Under the pieces are notes generated by a model. That model was not told the origin of the DNA, ran no database searches, and worked only from the letters and a program-made list of their open reading frames with translations. A program made the position numbers and the translations under genes. From Nanobdellota archaeon (GTDB lineage Archaea; Nanobdellota; Nanobdellia; Woesearchaeales; JBHPFW01): a DNA stretch of 64,000 nucleotides. Where the stretch lies: NCBI GenBank assembly GCA_042571645.1, contig JBHPFW010000003.1, positions 24,898 through 88,897 on the forward strand, read 5' to 3'. Below, one piece after another: positions 19,843-29,821 of the stretch; within the stretch, counting starts at the first letter, position 1; each line of letters opens with the position of its first letter.

Positions 19843-20597
19843 TTTTGGATCAAATAATAAATCTCAAGAAGAGGGAAGTATTATATAAGAAAAACAAGGT
19901 TAAAATAAACAAGGCAAAACTAAAAAAATCAGACAGAGATTTCAGATCTTCAATACTGAAGAAGAGCTTTACCGAGGTAAATCTCATTGCAGAGATAAAA
20001 AACAAATCTCCCTCAGCAGGAAAACTGAGACAGAGATATGAGCCATTGAGAATGGCCAGGGTATATGACAAACTCGCAAACGCAGTTTCTGTAGTGACAG
20101 AAGAAGAATTTTTCGGCGGAAGTCTTGATGACTTGGAGAAAGTAAGAAAAGCAACAAAGCTTCCGATATTGAGAAAGGATTTCATACTCGATGAATATCA
20201 GATTTATGAGTCAAGAAAGTATGGGGCAGATGCTGTTCTTCTTATAGCGAGTCTGCTGTCAAAAAATAAAATCAATTCATTGATTACTCTGGCAGATAAG
20301 TATTGTATGGATGCAATAGTCGAGGTTCACACAAAAAGAGAGCTAATGGAAGTATTGCAGACAAATGCACAAATAATAGGCATAAACAACAGGAATCTAA
20401 GAACAATGAAGATAAACCTAAATACTACTTCCAGATTGGCTCCATTAATACCAAAGAACCGAGTTATAGTCAGCGAATCAGGAATAAGCTCAAAAAAAGA
20501 TGTTGATGAAGTAAGGGATCATGTAGATGCAATACTTGTTGGTACATCATTGCTCAAGGCAAAGGATGTAGCAAAGAAAATAGCAGAATTCAAATAG
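19839..20597 (+). CDS. trpC: indole-3-glycerol-phosphate synthase
   Basis: IAEIK, RKDFI, LLIAS, and INNRNL motifs. Confidence 0.9.
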   Translation: MILDQIINLKKREVLYKKNKVKINKAKLKKSDRDFRSSILKKSFTEVNLIAEIKNKSPSAGKLRQRYEPLRMARVYDKLANAVSVVTEEEFFGGSLDDLEKVRKATKLPILRKDFILDEYQIYESRKYGADAVLLIASLLSKNKINSLITLADKYCMDAIVEVHTKRELMEVLQTNAQIIGINNRNLRTMKINLNTTSRLAPLIPKNRVIVSESGISSKKDVDEVRDHVDAILVGTSLLKAKDVAKKIAEFK

Positions 20598-20641
20598 GCA
20601 GATAATTCAAATAGGCGTATTATTGGAGTGAAAAAGAGCGA

Positions 20642-21280
20642 TTGATTCAGATGAGAAGAGTAAAAATCTGCGGAATAACGAACTTAAGTGATGCTAAATT
20701 AGCTGTAAAATTAGGCGCGAACTATTTGGGGTTTATATTTTATAAATCTTCACCGAGGAGAATAACGCCTCAGAAAGCAGACAGTATAATAAAGGAAATA
20801 AAAAACAAAAAACAAAAAGTTGTTGCAGTATTTGTCAACGAAACAAAAGAAAATATAATCAAGATTTCACAAAAGATAAAGCCAGATGTCATACAGCTTC
20901 ATGGGAATGAAACACCGCAATTTTGCAAAGACTTGAAAAAAGAACTCATAAAAATAAAAAAGCCAATAAAACTTATCAAGGCATTTAGAATAAAAAACAA
21001 GGCAACGCTTAAAAAGACAGAAGGATATACCTCTCCTGATTATTACTTATTTGACACTTATAAAAAAGGATCCTTCGGCGGTACAGGAAAAACATTTGAT
21101 TGGAAAATCATTAAGAAAACAAAAAAGCCAATATTCCTCTCTGGCGGGTTAAATCCAAAAAACATTAATAACGCTTTGAAAAAAAGAGTATTTGCTTTAG
21201 ATATAAGTTCAGGTATTGAGAAAAAACCAGGCAAAAAAGATCCAAAGAAATTAAAGGAATTGTTCAACAATTTGAAATAA
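20642..21280 (+). CDS. trpF: phosphoribosylanthranilate isomerase
   Basis: [24 protein letters not shown]. Confidence 0.85.
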   Translation: MIQMRRVKICGITNLSDAKLAVKLGANYLGFIFYKSSPRRITPQKADSIIKEIKNKKQKVVAVFVNETKENIIKISQKIKPDVIQLHGNETPQFCKDLKKELIKIKKPIKLIKAFRIKNKATLKKTEGYTSPDYYLFDTYKKGSFGGTGKTFDWKIIKKTKKPIFLSGGLNPKNINNALKKRVFALDISSGIEKKPGKKDPKKLKELFNNLK

Positions 21281-21281
21281 A

Positions 21282-22463
21282 ATGAAAAAAGGAAGATTTG
21301 GAAAATATGGTGGACAGTATGTGCCAGAAACATTGATGCCGGCTGTGAAAGAATTAGAGGCAGCTTTTAATAAATATAAGGATAGTCCAAGCTTTAATGA
21401 AGAATTAAATATATTGTTTGAACATTATGTTGGCAGAGAAACACCACTAACATTTTGCCCTAACTTGTCAAGGAGACTCGGTTGCAAGCTTTACATCAAG
21501 CGTGAAGACCTTGCTCATTCTGGAGCTCACAAGATAAACAATGCTCTTGGTCAAGCGTTATTGGCTAAGTATATGGGTAAGAAGAAAATTATTGCAGAAA
21601 CAGGAGCAGGTCAGCATGGTGTTGCAACAGCAACAGCCGGTGCAAGATTAGGATTAGATACAAAAATATTCATGGGTACAATAGATATGAAACGTCAGGA
21701 ACTAAATGTCTTCAGAATGAAATTACTTGGTTCAGAAGTTATTCCAGTAGATTCAGGCTCAAAAACACTAAAAGATGCAGTAAATGATGCAATGAGATAT
21801 TGGACAGCAAATGTTAAAGACACATTTTATGTGTTGGGTTCAGTACTTGGTCCGCATCCTTATCCAGAAATGGTTGCACATTTTCAAAGTGTTATTGGAA
21901 AAGAAGCAAGAAAACAAATTATGCAGTTAGAAGGCAGACTGCCAAAAGCAATAATTGCTTGTGTTGGCGGCGGAAGTAATGCAATGGGAATATTTAAGGA
22001 GTTTATTGAAGATAAATCTGTTGAGCTAATAGGTGTTGAAGCAGGAGGCCATGGTATTAAAGGAGGCAAGCACGCTGCAAGATTTGCAGATAAAAAACTT
22101 GGTAGAAAAGGAATACTTCACGGCACACTCACTTATGTTTTGCAAGATAAATATGGGCAGATTTACAACACCCATAGTGTTTCTGCAGGTTTAGACTACA
22201 GTGCAGTTGGCCCAGAACATTCATTTTTACGTGAACTTAAACGAGCTAGTTATAGTTATGCAACAGACAAAGAAGCATTAGATGCATTAAGAGTATTGTC
22301 TGAAGAAGAGGGTGTTATACCTGCTTTGGAATCTGCACATGCTGTTGCATATGCACTAAAGTATGCAAAGAAATGCAAAAAAGATGATATTGTCATAATT
22401 AACTTATCTGGACGAGGAGATAAAGACATGGAAACAATTGCCAAAGAGATGAGGTTCAAGTAA
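21282..22463 (+). CDS. trpB: tryptophan synthase beta chain
   Basis: [13 protein letters not shown] (PLP-binding lysine), [18 protein letters not shown]. Confidence 0.95.
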   Translation: MKKGRFGKYGGQYVPETLMPAVKELEAAFNKYKDSPSFNEELNILFEHYVGRETPLTFCPNLSRRLGCKLYIKREDLAHSGAHKINNALGQALLAKYMGKKKIIAETGAGQHGVATATAGARLGLDTKIFMGTIDMKRQELNVFRMKLLGSEVIPVDSGSKTLKDAVNDAMRYWTANVKDTFYVLGSVLGPHPYPEMVAHFQSVIGKEARKQIMQLEGRLPKAIIACVGGGSNAMGIFKEFIEDKSVELIGVEAGGHGIKGGKHAARFADKKLGRKGILHGTLTYVLQDKYGQIYNTHSVSAGLDYSAVGPEHSFLRELKRASYSYATDKEALDALRVLSEEEGVIPALESAHAVAYALKYAKKCKKDDIVIINLSGRGDKDMETIAKEMRFK

Positions 22464-22933
22464 TGATTAAAATAAGAAAAGCAAGATTAAAAGATATTCC
22501 TAGTATGTTTCCTTTGTGGTTAGATTTAATGAAACAGCACGAAAAAATCGATCATTTTCATTATGAGCTCGGTAAGGGATCGAAAGAGATTTTTAAAAAA
22601 TGGATAAGGAGTAATATTTACTCAAAAAATGCTCTTTACTTAGTTGCAGAAGATAATAATAAAATTGTTGGATATATTGGAGGAAGAATTGAAAAAAGAC
22701 CTCTTTGCTTTAAAATAAAAGAAAACGGATATGTGCTTGCCGCAGTTGTTTCAAGGAAGTATCAAAACAAAGGAATTGGAAAGAAATTAACAAACGAAAT
22801 GCTTGCATGGTTCAAAACAAAAAAAGTAAAATTTGTAGAATTACACGCTAACTCAAAAAACAAAAAAGGAATACTGGCCTGGAAAAAGATGGGTTTCAAA
22901 GAAAATAAGAAAATAATGGATAAATGGTTGTAG
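22463..22933 (+). CDS. GNAT family N-acetyltransferase, inserted between trpB and trpA
   Basis: Acetyl-CoA-binding motif A, RKYQNKGIGKKL (Q/RxxGxG/A). Confidence 0.8.
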   Translation: MIKIRKARLKDIPSMFPLWLDLMKQHEKIDHFHYELGKGSKEIFKKWIRSNIYSKNALYLVAEDNNKIVGYIGGRIEKRPLCFKIKENGYVLAAVVSRKYQNKGIGKKLTNEMLAWFKTKKVKFVELHANSKNKKGILAWKKMGFKENKKIMDKWL

Positions 22934-22934
22934 A

Positions 22935-23735
22935 ATGAGCAGATACAAAAAAACATTCAAGGAACTTGCAAAGAAAAAGCAAAAAGCTTTCATACCATTC
23001 ACAGTAGTTGGAGATCCAGATTACAAAACCAGCATCGAGATTGTTAAGGCAATGGTTGAAAATGGAGCAGATATTTTGGAGTTAGGTTTTCCTTTTTCTG
23101 ATCCAATAGCAGACGGCCCAACAATACAAGCAGCAGATGTAAGAGCACTAAAAAAGAAAATAAATACTGATGACTGTTTTAAGTTTATTGAGGATGTTAG
23201 AAAATTCACCAAAATACCTATTGGTTTGCTTGTATATTCAAATATAATCTATCAGCGAGGAATTGATAAGTTCTACAAAGATGCAGCTCAGGCCGGGGCA
23301 GATAGCATACTATGCACAGAAGTTCCACCAGAAGAAGCAGAAGAATATATTGCTGCAGCAAAGAAAAACAAGATTGACACAGTATTTATTGCAACAGAAC
23401 TAACATCAAATGAACGTCTTAATGATATTGTCAAAAAAACCACCGGTTTTGTCTATGTTGTGGCAAGATTAGGAGTTACTGGAGCTCAGAAGGAACTTGG
23501 GTCAGCTACTGTAGAAACACTAATGCGTATAAGACCTTTAACTAAGCTACCCTTGTGTGTTGGATTTGGGATATCTGAACCAAAACATGCTAAACAAGTC
23601 ATTAAGGCAGGTGCTGATGGTGTTATTGTTGGAAGTCAAATAGTCAAGATTATAGAGAAAAATTTAAAGAATAAGAACAAAATGATTAAAGAAGTAGGCA
23701 ATTTTGTCAAAAAGATGAAGGAAGCCTGCAAATAA
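22935..23735 (+). CDS. trpA: tryptophan synthase alpha chain
   Basis: FIPFTVVGDP, LGFPFSDPIADGPTIQ, GFGIS. Confidence 0.9.
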   Translation: MSRYKKTFKELAKKKQKAFIPFTVVGDPDYKTSIEIVKAMVENGADILELGFPFSDPIADGPTIQAADVRALKKKINTDDCFKFIEDVRKFTKIPIGLLVYSNIIYQRGIDKFYKDAAQAGADSILCTEVPPEEAEEYIAAAKKNKIDTVFIATELTSNERLNDIVKKTTGFVYVVARLGVTGAQKELGSATVETLMRIRPLTKLPLCVGFGISEPKHAKQVIKAGADGVIVGSQIVKIIEKNLKNKNKMIKEVGNFVKKMKEACK

Positions 23736-23744
23736 GCAGTATCC

Positions 23745-24884
23745 GTGATTATTATGCCAGAAGATTTCAAAGTAACACCCTGGGAAGTCTCAGGAAATGT
23801 GGATTATAACAAGTTGGTAAAGGACTTTGGTACAGAAATAATAGATGATGCTATGCTGAAACGACTCCAGAAGCACACAGGAGATCTTCACTTCATGCTC
23901 AAACGTAAGGTTTTCTTTTCACACAGAGATATGAAATGGTTGTTAGATGAATATGAGAAGAAGAATCCATTTTATCTTTATACTGGCCGAGGCCCATCTG
24001 GCCATACGCATATTGGACATTTGGTGTCTTGGGTATTTACTAGATGGCTGCAGGAAAAATTCAAATGCAAATTAACATTCCAATTAACAGATGATGAGAA
24101 ATTCTTATTCAAACAAAACTTGAGCTTAGAGCAGGCAAATAAATATGCTTATGAAAATGCTTTGGATTTAGTTGCTTTGGGTTTTAAACCAAAAGACACA
24201 CAATTAATTATTGATACTGAATATGCAAAGACAATGTATCCGCAGGCATTGAGGATTGCAAAAAAAATCACTTTGTCGACGGCAAAAGCTGCTTTTGGTT
24301 TTGGAAATGACTCAAATTTAGGACAAATATTCTACACGAGTATGCAGGCTGTACCTTCATTTTTAGAATCAGTTAAACAAGGCAAGAATGTTCCGTGCTT
24401 AGTTACAATGGCAATTGACCAAGATCCGCATTTCAGGGTTGCAAGGGATGTTATACCAAAACTTGGTTATCACAAACCAGCATTAATGCATTGCAGATTT
24501 TTGCCTGGCTTAGGCGGTCCAGGAAAGATGAGTTCTTCTGCAGAAGATTCTGCGCAATCAACTATTTACACAACTGATGATCCCAAGACAATCAAGAAAA
24601 AAATAAACAAATATGCCTTTTCTGGTGGAAAAGTTACTGTAGAAGAGCATAGAAAACATGGCGGCAATCCAGATATTGATGTAAGCTACCAATGGCTTAA
24701 TATGTTTTTTGAGCCAGATGATGGCAAATTAAAGAGTATTCATGATGATTACAGCTCTGGCAAGATGCTCACAGGAGAACTCAAGCAGATTCTGATTGAG
24801 AAAGTGGAGGCATTTTTGACTAAACATCAAGATGCCAGAGAAAAAGCCAAGGATAAGATTGAGGATTTTATTGTTAGGGATTAA
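23745..24884 (+). CDS. trpS: tryptophanyl-tRNA synthetase (archaeal/eukaryotic type)
   Basis: HIGH-type motif (GHTHIGHLV) and KMSKS-type motif (KMSSS). Confidence 0.9.
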   Translation: MIIMPEDFKVTPWEVSGNVDYNKLVKDFGTEIIDDAMLKRLQKHTGDLHFMLKRKVFFSHRDMKWLLDEYEKKNPFYLYTGRGPSGHTHIGHLVSWVFTRWLQEKFKCKLTFQLTDDEKFLFKQNLSLEQANKYAYENALDLVALGFKPKDTQLIIDTEYAKTMYPQALRIAKKITLSTAKAAFGFGNDSNLGQIFYTSMQAVPSFLESVKQGKNVPCLVTMAIDQDPHFRVARDVIPKLGYHKPALMHCRFLPGLGGPGKMSSSAEDSAQSTIYTTDDPKTIKKKINKYAFSGGKVTVEEHRKHGGNPDIDVSYQWLNMFFEPDDGKLKSIHDDYSSGKMLTGELKQILIEKVEAFLTKHQDAREKAKDKIEDFIVRD

Positions 24885-24930
24885 TTTAACAGGCTTTTTA
24901 AAGAAAACTATATAAATAAACACAGTTTAA

Positions 24931-25584
24931 ATGCTTAAAAAGGGGTGGTATAGGATGTCAAATAGATTCAGTCCATTATCGAGCAGTTTTATGATATTTG
25001 CCATGATTGGCTTTATAATAACAGCAGTATATACAAATTCTGGGGGATTAGATCCTTCTTGGGGTTTGACATTTCTAATAATATTCACAGTGCTTTTCTT
25101 TGCAAGTATTTTGTCAATGACAAAAGCACCTGTTGAAGCAGAATTAGAGATAGATTATAATAAGAGAAAAAGAGAACAACTTCACAGAGAGCTTTATGGC
25201 GAGGTAGAAGCTGCAGAAAAGCTAATAGAAGCAGCTCATCAGTATAAGCCAGAGATATCTGAAGGCTATCTTGATATTTCAAAACCAGCTAAACGCAGAA
25301 AAAAGAGAAAATCAGCTAAAAAGAAGCCTGCTAAAAAGAAAAAGGCCAAGAAAAAATCTTCAAAAAGAAAGCCAGCAAAAAAGGCTAAAAAAGCAGCTAA
25401 GAAAAAGCCAACTAAGAAGAAGAAAGCCACTAAAAGAAAGGCCAAGAAAAAACCTGCTAAAAAAGCAAAGAAAAAACCTGCTAAGAGAAAACCAGCTAAG
25501 AAAAAAGCCAAAAAGAAATCTGCTAAAAAAACAGGAAAGAAAAAAGCTAAAAAGGCTTCTAAAAGAAGGAAGAAGAGAAGGTAG
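24931..25584 (+). CDS. membrane-anchored protein with histone-H1-like Lys/Ala/Pro-rich C-terminal tail
   Basis: Two N-terminal TM helices, a central helical segment, then a roughly 95-aa tail of KKPAKK/AKKK repeats. Confidence 0.6.
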   Translation: MLKKGWYRMSNRFSPLSSSFMIFAMIGFIITAVYTNSGGLDPSWGLTFLIIFTVLFFASILSMTKAPVEAELEIDYNKRKREQLHRELYGEVEAAEKLIEAAHQYKPEISEGYLDISKPAKRRKKRKSAKKKPAKKKKAKKKSSKRKPAKKAKKAAKKKPTKKKKATKRKAKKKPAKKAKKKPAKRKPAKKKAKKKSAKKTGKKKAKKASKRRKKRR

Positions 25585-25659
25585 TTCTTTCTTTAATTTT
25601 CTTTCTTTTATATATTATTTTCAATAACTTTAAATTGATCTTCTAACTTCCTCATCCCC

Positions 25660-26394
25660 ATGAAACCATTAATATCATTCCAGGATATAACAAAGGCTTT
25701 TGGGCAGAAGGTGATTCTTGAGGATTTCAACCTGGATGTGGATAAAGGGGACTTTATTGGGTTGATAGGTAAGAGTGGTGGTGGAAAAACAACACTTCTG
25801 AGAGTACTTATAGGGTTTTATAATATCAATTTTGGCAGTATAATTCTTAATGACCAAGATATAACAAAGAACAAGAAGATACTGAAGAAAATAGTGGGCT
25901 ATTGCACACAGGAAAACTCCTTTTATCCTCAGTTGACAGTTAATGAAAACTTGGCTTATTATGGCAGAATGTATAATCTTTCAGGCAGGCAGATAAAGCA
26001 TAAATCAAGAGAGTTATTAGAGCTTGTAAAACTTAGTGGTAATGAAGATTCACTTGCAAGCTCATTGTCAGGGGGGATGAAAAGAAGATTAGATTTAGCT
26101 ATATCCCTTATACATGATCCTGAAATACTTGTTTTGGATGAGCCAACTGCTGGGTTAGATCCTGCTTTAAGAGAAAGTATTTGGGGTTTGCTGAGAAAAA
26201 TAAACAAACAGAAAAAGACAATAATCATAGTCTCGCATTTCTTGGATTTAATGGAAAAATACTGCACAAAAATAGCAATTGTGAGTAATGGCAAGATAAA
26301 GAAAATAGGGAGTCCTTCTGCTTTAAAGAAAAAGCACAAAGGCAAATCTCTGGTTCACATTTTTGAACATACTACCAAGGAAGTGGTTGACTGA
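25660..26394 (+). CDS. ABC transporter ATP-binding protein
   Basis: Walker A GKSGGGKTT, signature LSGGMKRR, Walker B LVLDEPT. Confidence 0.9.
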   Translation: MKPLISFQDITKAFGQKVILEDFNLDVDKGDFIGLIGKSGGGKTTLLRVLIGFYNINFGSIILNDQDITKNKKILKKIVGYCTQENSFYPQLTVNENLAYYGRMYNLSGRQIKHKSRELLELVKLSGNEDSLASSLSGGMKRRLDLAISLIHDPEILVLDEPTAGLDPALRESIWGLLRKINKQKKTIIIVSHFLDLMEKYCTKIAIVSNGKIKKIGSPSALKKKHKGKSLVHIFEHTTKEVVD

Positions 26395-26406
26395 GGAAGT
26401 AATAGA

Positions 26407-28119
26407 ATGTTAGCAGACATAAAAAGATTGTATTTCAATTTTATAAAAAATATGAGGATAGTTTTTAGGAGCTGGAGTTCTGTGCTTTTGTTAATAGTTG
26501 GGCCTTTATTACTTATACTTTTAGTTGGGTTTGCATTTGGCGGGGAGGATCTTCATGATATTAACATAGGGGTTTATGCAAAGAATTTTGAAAAGATAAG
26601 GCCGATTGCAGAGCAGCTTGGCAGTGGTGAGATCACAGTCAGCAGAGTTAGTTCAGTGGATCAGTGTACAAGTCTCCTTAAAATATCAGCAATGGACTTA
26701 TGTGCAGAGTTTTCAGATGATTTCACAGTAGAGCATGTAGGAAAAAAACCTCCTTCTGGAAAAATAACCTTTTACTTTGACAACACCAAGTATAATCTTG
26801 CTTCTGATCTGAAAGATTATGTTAAAACAAAAACCAGAATGTCATCAGAGCAGATAACTCTTGCATCCACAAAAGCAATCATTTCAGATATTGAAAGCTC
26901 TGTGGAATTCATGAAGGAAGCAGGACTTACAGTAGATGAATTCATGGAAAATGGCAAAAATATGAGACAAGATCTTCTCGAGACAAAGCAAGACCTCATT
27001 GAGTTAAAAGAGGATTTTGATCCAGTATATGCAGAAGCAAAAGATCTCCAGAAAAAAGTAAATGATAATACTATAAAACTAAATGAAAGCGCAGATACTC
27101 TTGTAAATTTGATAGATAAGGTTGTGCCTTTATTGTCCTTGATTAATATAGATGAGAATTCAACTGTCGGAAAAATACTTAATTTGACAGGGTTTAGTGA
27201 AACAGCATTGTTAGCAGAGACCCTGGAGTCCTTAAAGGGATCGATAAGAGAAAATAAGAATGATGTTATGTCATTAACCAGTTCATTTAATGACTTAATG
27301 ATTAAGCTGGATGAAATAAATGAGTTTCTTAACACATCAATTGAGAAAATAGACAAAAATCTTGAAATACTGGATAAAGAATTAGTGGAGATCAATTCAA
27401 TTGCTTTAGCTCTTGATGAGAATATTGACAAATTCTCAGGCTTAAACCAGTCTCAAGCAGATATTCTGCTTAATCCAATCACAACAGAATTTAGAACACT
27501 CCTTCCAAAAGCAGAAAAAATAACAATAATCTTTCCATTGCTGCTTGTATTTGTAATAAGCTTCATAAGCATACTTCTTTCTAATATAATTGTGCAGAAT
27601 GAAACTCATAGTCCTGGTTATTTCAGGAGTTTTTTGATCCCCACAGAAAACATAGTGTTCTTGCTTGGTTTATTCCTGACAAATATGGTCATAGTATGTT
27701 TCCAGATATTTATTCTATTGCTTGTGGCTTATTTTAGCTTTGGTATTGAGATTTTTTCTGTATTTGATTCATTAGGAATCAGCATCATATTGGTAACAAC
27801 AATATTTGTGCTTATAGGGATGATCTTTGGATTCTTAATTAGATCTGAACAAACTTCCACCTTGATGGGCACTTTTTTTGCTCTTGCTTTGTTCTTGTTT
27901 TCAGATATAATTTTTCCATTAGAAATAATGCCAAAACTGGCAGCTTATATAGCATCTTTTAATCCCTTAGTTATAGGTTCAGCACTATTCAGGAGAATAT
28001 TATTCTTCCAACTTCCCCTCGGAGTCCTCTATGATTTAATCTTTACTCTCTTGGTTTATGTACTGGTGCTTTTCTTTTTAGTTATGTTAGCGCAGTGGCA
28101 TAACAGAAAAAAAAGCTAA
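26407..28119 (+). CDS. ABC-2 family permease with large coiled-coil extracytoplasmic domain (YhgE/Pip-like)
   Basis: N-terminal TM, a roughly 330-aa hydrophilic coiled-coil domain, and five C-terminal TM helices. Adjacent to the ABC ATPase. Confidence 0.7.
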   Translation: MLADIKRLYFNFIKNMRIVFRSWSSVLLLIVGPLLLILLVGFAFGGEDLHDINIGVYAKNFEKIRPIAEQLGSGEITVSRVSSVDQCTSLLKISAMDLCAEFSDDFTVEHVGKKPPSGKITFYFDNTKYNLASDLKDYVKTKTRMSSEQITLASTKAIISDIESSVEFMKEAGLTVDEFMENGKNMRQDLLETKQDLIELKEDFDPVYAEAKDLQKKVNDNTIKLNESADTLVNLIDKVVPLLSLINIDENSTVGKILNLTGFSETALLAETLESLKGSIRENKNDVMSLTSSFNDLMIKLDEINEFLNTSIEKIDKNLEILDKELVEINSIALALDENIDKFSGLNQSQADILLNPITTEFRTLLPKAEKITIIFPLLLVFVISFISILLSNIIVQNETHSPGYFRSFLIPTENIVFLLGLFLTNMVIVCFQIFILLLVAYFSFGIEIFSVFDSLGISIILVTTIFVLIGMIFGFLIRSEQTSTLMGTFFALALFLFSDIIFPLEIMPKLAAYIASFNPLVIGSALFRRILFFQLPLGVLYDLIFTLLVYVLVLFFLVMLAQWHNRKKS

Positions 28120-28487
28120 GCCTTTTTCTTAAAGGCTTTAAGCTGAGTTTTTCTTTTACTAAACTTTTGTTTTGTATTGATGGTAGTTTTCTTGAACAAC
28201 TCATCAAACCTTTCTTTACATTTCTTCTCTTTCCAGAAGACTGCATGAGAGGCTTGTTTCCGAAAGAGATTCATGGCTAAAGAAATAACATCTGTTTGGT
28301 AATTCTTCAAACCCATGTCTTTCATAATTCTCTTTGCATCATTGAGGCATTGCTTGAGAACTCTTTTGTTTTCCTCCATGCAGTCTTTTTCCAGAACAAT
28401 CTCTTCCTCATCAGACAAATTTATTTCCTCCCATCTCGGGTATTGAGATCCTTTGATCTCTCTTGGAAACGTCTTTGCATATACCAT
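28116..28487 (-). CDS. hypothetical protein (123 aa)
   Basis: Complete ORF convergent with the permease gene. No motifs recognised. Confidence 0.45.
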   Translation of the reverse strand: MVYAKTFPREIKGSQYPRWEEINLSDEEEIVLEKDCMEENKRVLKQCLNDAKRIMKDMGLKNYQTDVISLAMNLFRKQASHAVFWKEKKCKERFDELFKKTTINTKQKFSKRKTQLKAFKKKA

Positions 28488-28617
28488 ATTTTACCCCCCC
28501 AAACTTTTTATTAAATCCTATGGATATTGTAGTTGGGATAAATTAAAAAGCCTTACGGAAGAATTGGGATAAAAAATAGGGGGATGGTGTAATCAAAAAT
28601 ATAATCAAAAAATAACA

Positions 28618-28751
28618 GTATGTGTATAGCATCTTCAAAACTCTTGATGAGTATGTTGTAAGGATCTGCATCCCCGGATGGGGCGACCCCCCGCGACGAT
28701 CAGGATGCAGAGAATGAAAGGAGTTTTGACCTTATGATGCTATGCACATAC
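28618..28751. ncRNA. unclassified highly structured element (134-nt multi-layer hairpin with GC-rich core)
   Basis: Outer stem gtatgtgtatagcatc (28618-28633) pairs with gatgctatgcacatac (28736-28751): 16 bp with one G-U. Second stem caaaactc (28636-43) / gagttttg (28721-28). Third stem tctgcatcc (28665-73) / ggatgcaga (28703-11). The GC-rich core spans 28674-28702. UGAUGA occurs at 28645-50. Confidence 0.4.
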
Positions 28752-28797
28752 AAAAAATAACAAAATATTTAAGTTAAATTCACGATTTTTATTTAAA

Positions 28798-29793
28798 ATG
28801 GCGGTTTTGATTATTTTACTGTTGCTTATGTTGGCCATTATACTAATCTGGAAAGGCTCAGATTGGATAACAGATTCTTTAGTTCCTGTGGCTAATAGGC
28901 TTGGAACAGGGTATATAGCAATTACAACACTGATGGTTTCATTCTTGTTGAGTATTCCAGAGGTTTTTACAACAGTCTATTCTTACATACTTGGGCATTT
29001 GGATGTTGGCTTGGGTGTAGTTTTGGGTTCAGTGATGATGAATATAGGATTAGTTGCTGGGTTGAGTGCTGCTATTAAGCCTTTGAATGTAGAAAGATCA
29101 GTAGTGGTCAGGGACGGTGTCTTTCTGATTATAATTGCGGTAGTTGTGCTCTTGTTTGGTTCAGATCTTCATTATTCAAGACCTGAGGGAATAGTACTTT
29201 TGCTGTTATATATACCATATGCACTTAATGTTTGGTCTTTTGAAAAATGGCGGCCTCACAAGAGCAAGAAAGAAAAGATCAAGAAGATTAAAGAAAGTTT
29301 AAATTTAATTGGAGAGCTAAAAATATTTAAGTTTAAGCCTTCAGTTCTAACATTCTTTTTGGGTGGAGGAATGTTAATTATAGGTTCATATTTATTTTCA
29401 TTAGCATTAGTTAACTTAAGCAAAATTTTGCCATTGCCTGGAATCTTGGTAGGATTAATATTTGGTGCAATAGGTACAGGCATACCAAATATTGTTGCAG
29501 CAGTACAAGGAACTATAAAGGGATTTGAAGATGTTGCAATAACAGAAACCTTTGGTTCAAATGTATTTACATTGTTAATAGCTTTAGGGGTAATAATTGT
29601 ATTACAACCATTCTCAATTGTAGGCAAACTATTTTATTTTGACATGACCTGGATGATTATAATGCACTTGCTTTTAATTGCATTAATCTTTAAAGGTTAT
29701 AGATATAAGGAAGAATCTCTGACAAGATATGAAGGTGTGGCTCTTGTCTTGTTTTATTTGGTTATTGTTGTAATTAATGTAGTGGTTTTTTAG
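28798..29793 (+). CDS. Ca2+/Na+ antiporter (CaCA family, YrbG-like)
   Basis: Alpha-1 repeat (LGTGYIAITT...SIPEVFTT) and alpha-2 repeat (GAIGTGIPNIVAAV), about 10 TM. Confidence 0.8.
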   Translation: MAVLIILLLLMLAIILIWKGSDWITDSLVPVANRLGTGYIAITTLMVSFLLSIPEVFTTVYSYILGHLDVGLGVVLGSVMMNIGLVAGLSAAIKPLNVERSVVVRDGVFLIIIAVVVLLFGSDLHYSRPEGIVLLLLYIPYALNVWSFEKWRPHKSKKEKIKKIKESLNLIGELKIFKFKPSVLTFFLGGGMLIIGSYLFSLALVNLSKILPLPGILVGLIFGAIGTGIPNIVAAVQGTIKGFEDVAITETFGSNVFTLLIALGVIIVLQPFSIVGKLFYFDMTWMIIMHLLLIALIFKGYRYKEESLTRYEGVALVLFYLVIVVINVVVF

Positions 29794-29821
29794 AATAAGA
29801 GGAGTAATTTGGAGATTATAA

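Noticed and set aside
25271-25627. 118-aa and 81-aa alternative-frame ORFs over the KKPAKK repeat region
   Set aside because: Frame-shifted and antisense readings of the Lys-codon repeats. The in-frame ORF 24931-25584 with N-terminal TM helices is the coherent gene.
28618-28751. Hammerhead ribozyme or C/D-box sRNA assignment for the hairpin element
   Set aside because: UGAUGA is present but preceded by U rather than the invariant C of the hammerhead core. No properly placed GAAA/stem III or D box (CUGA) was found.
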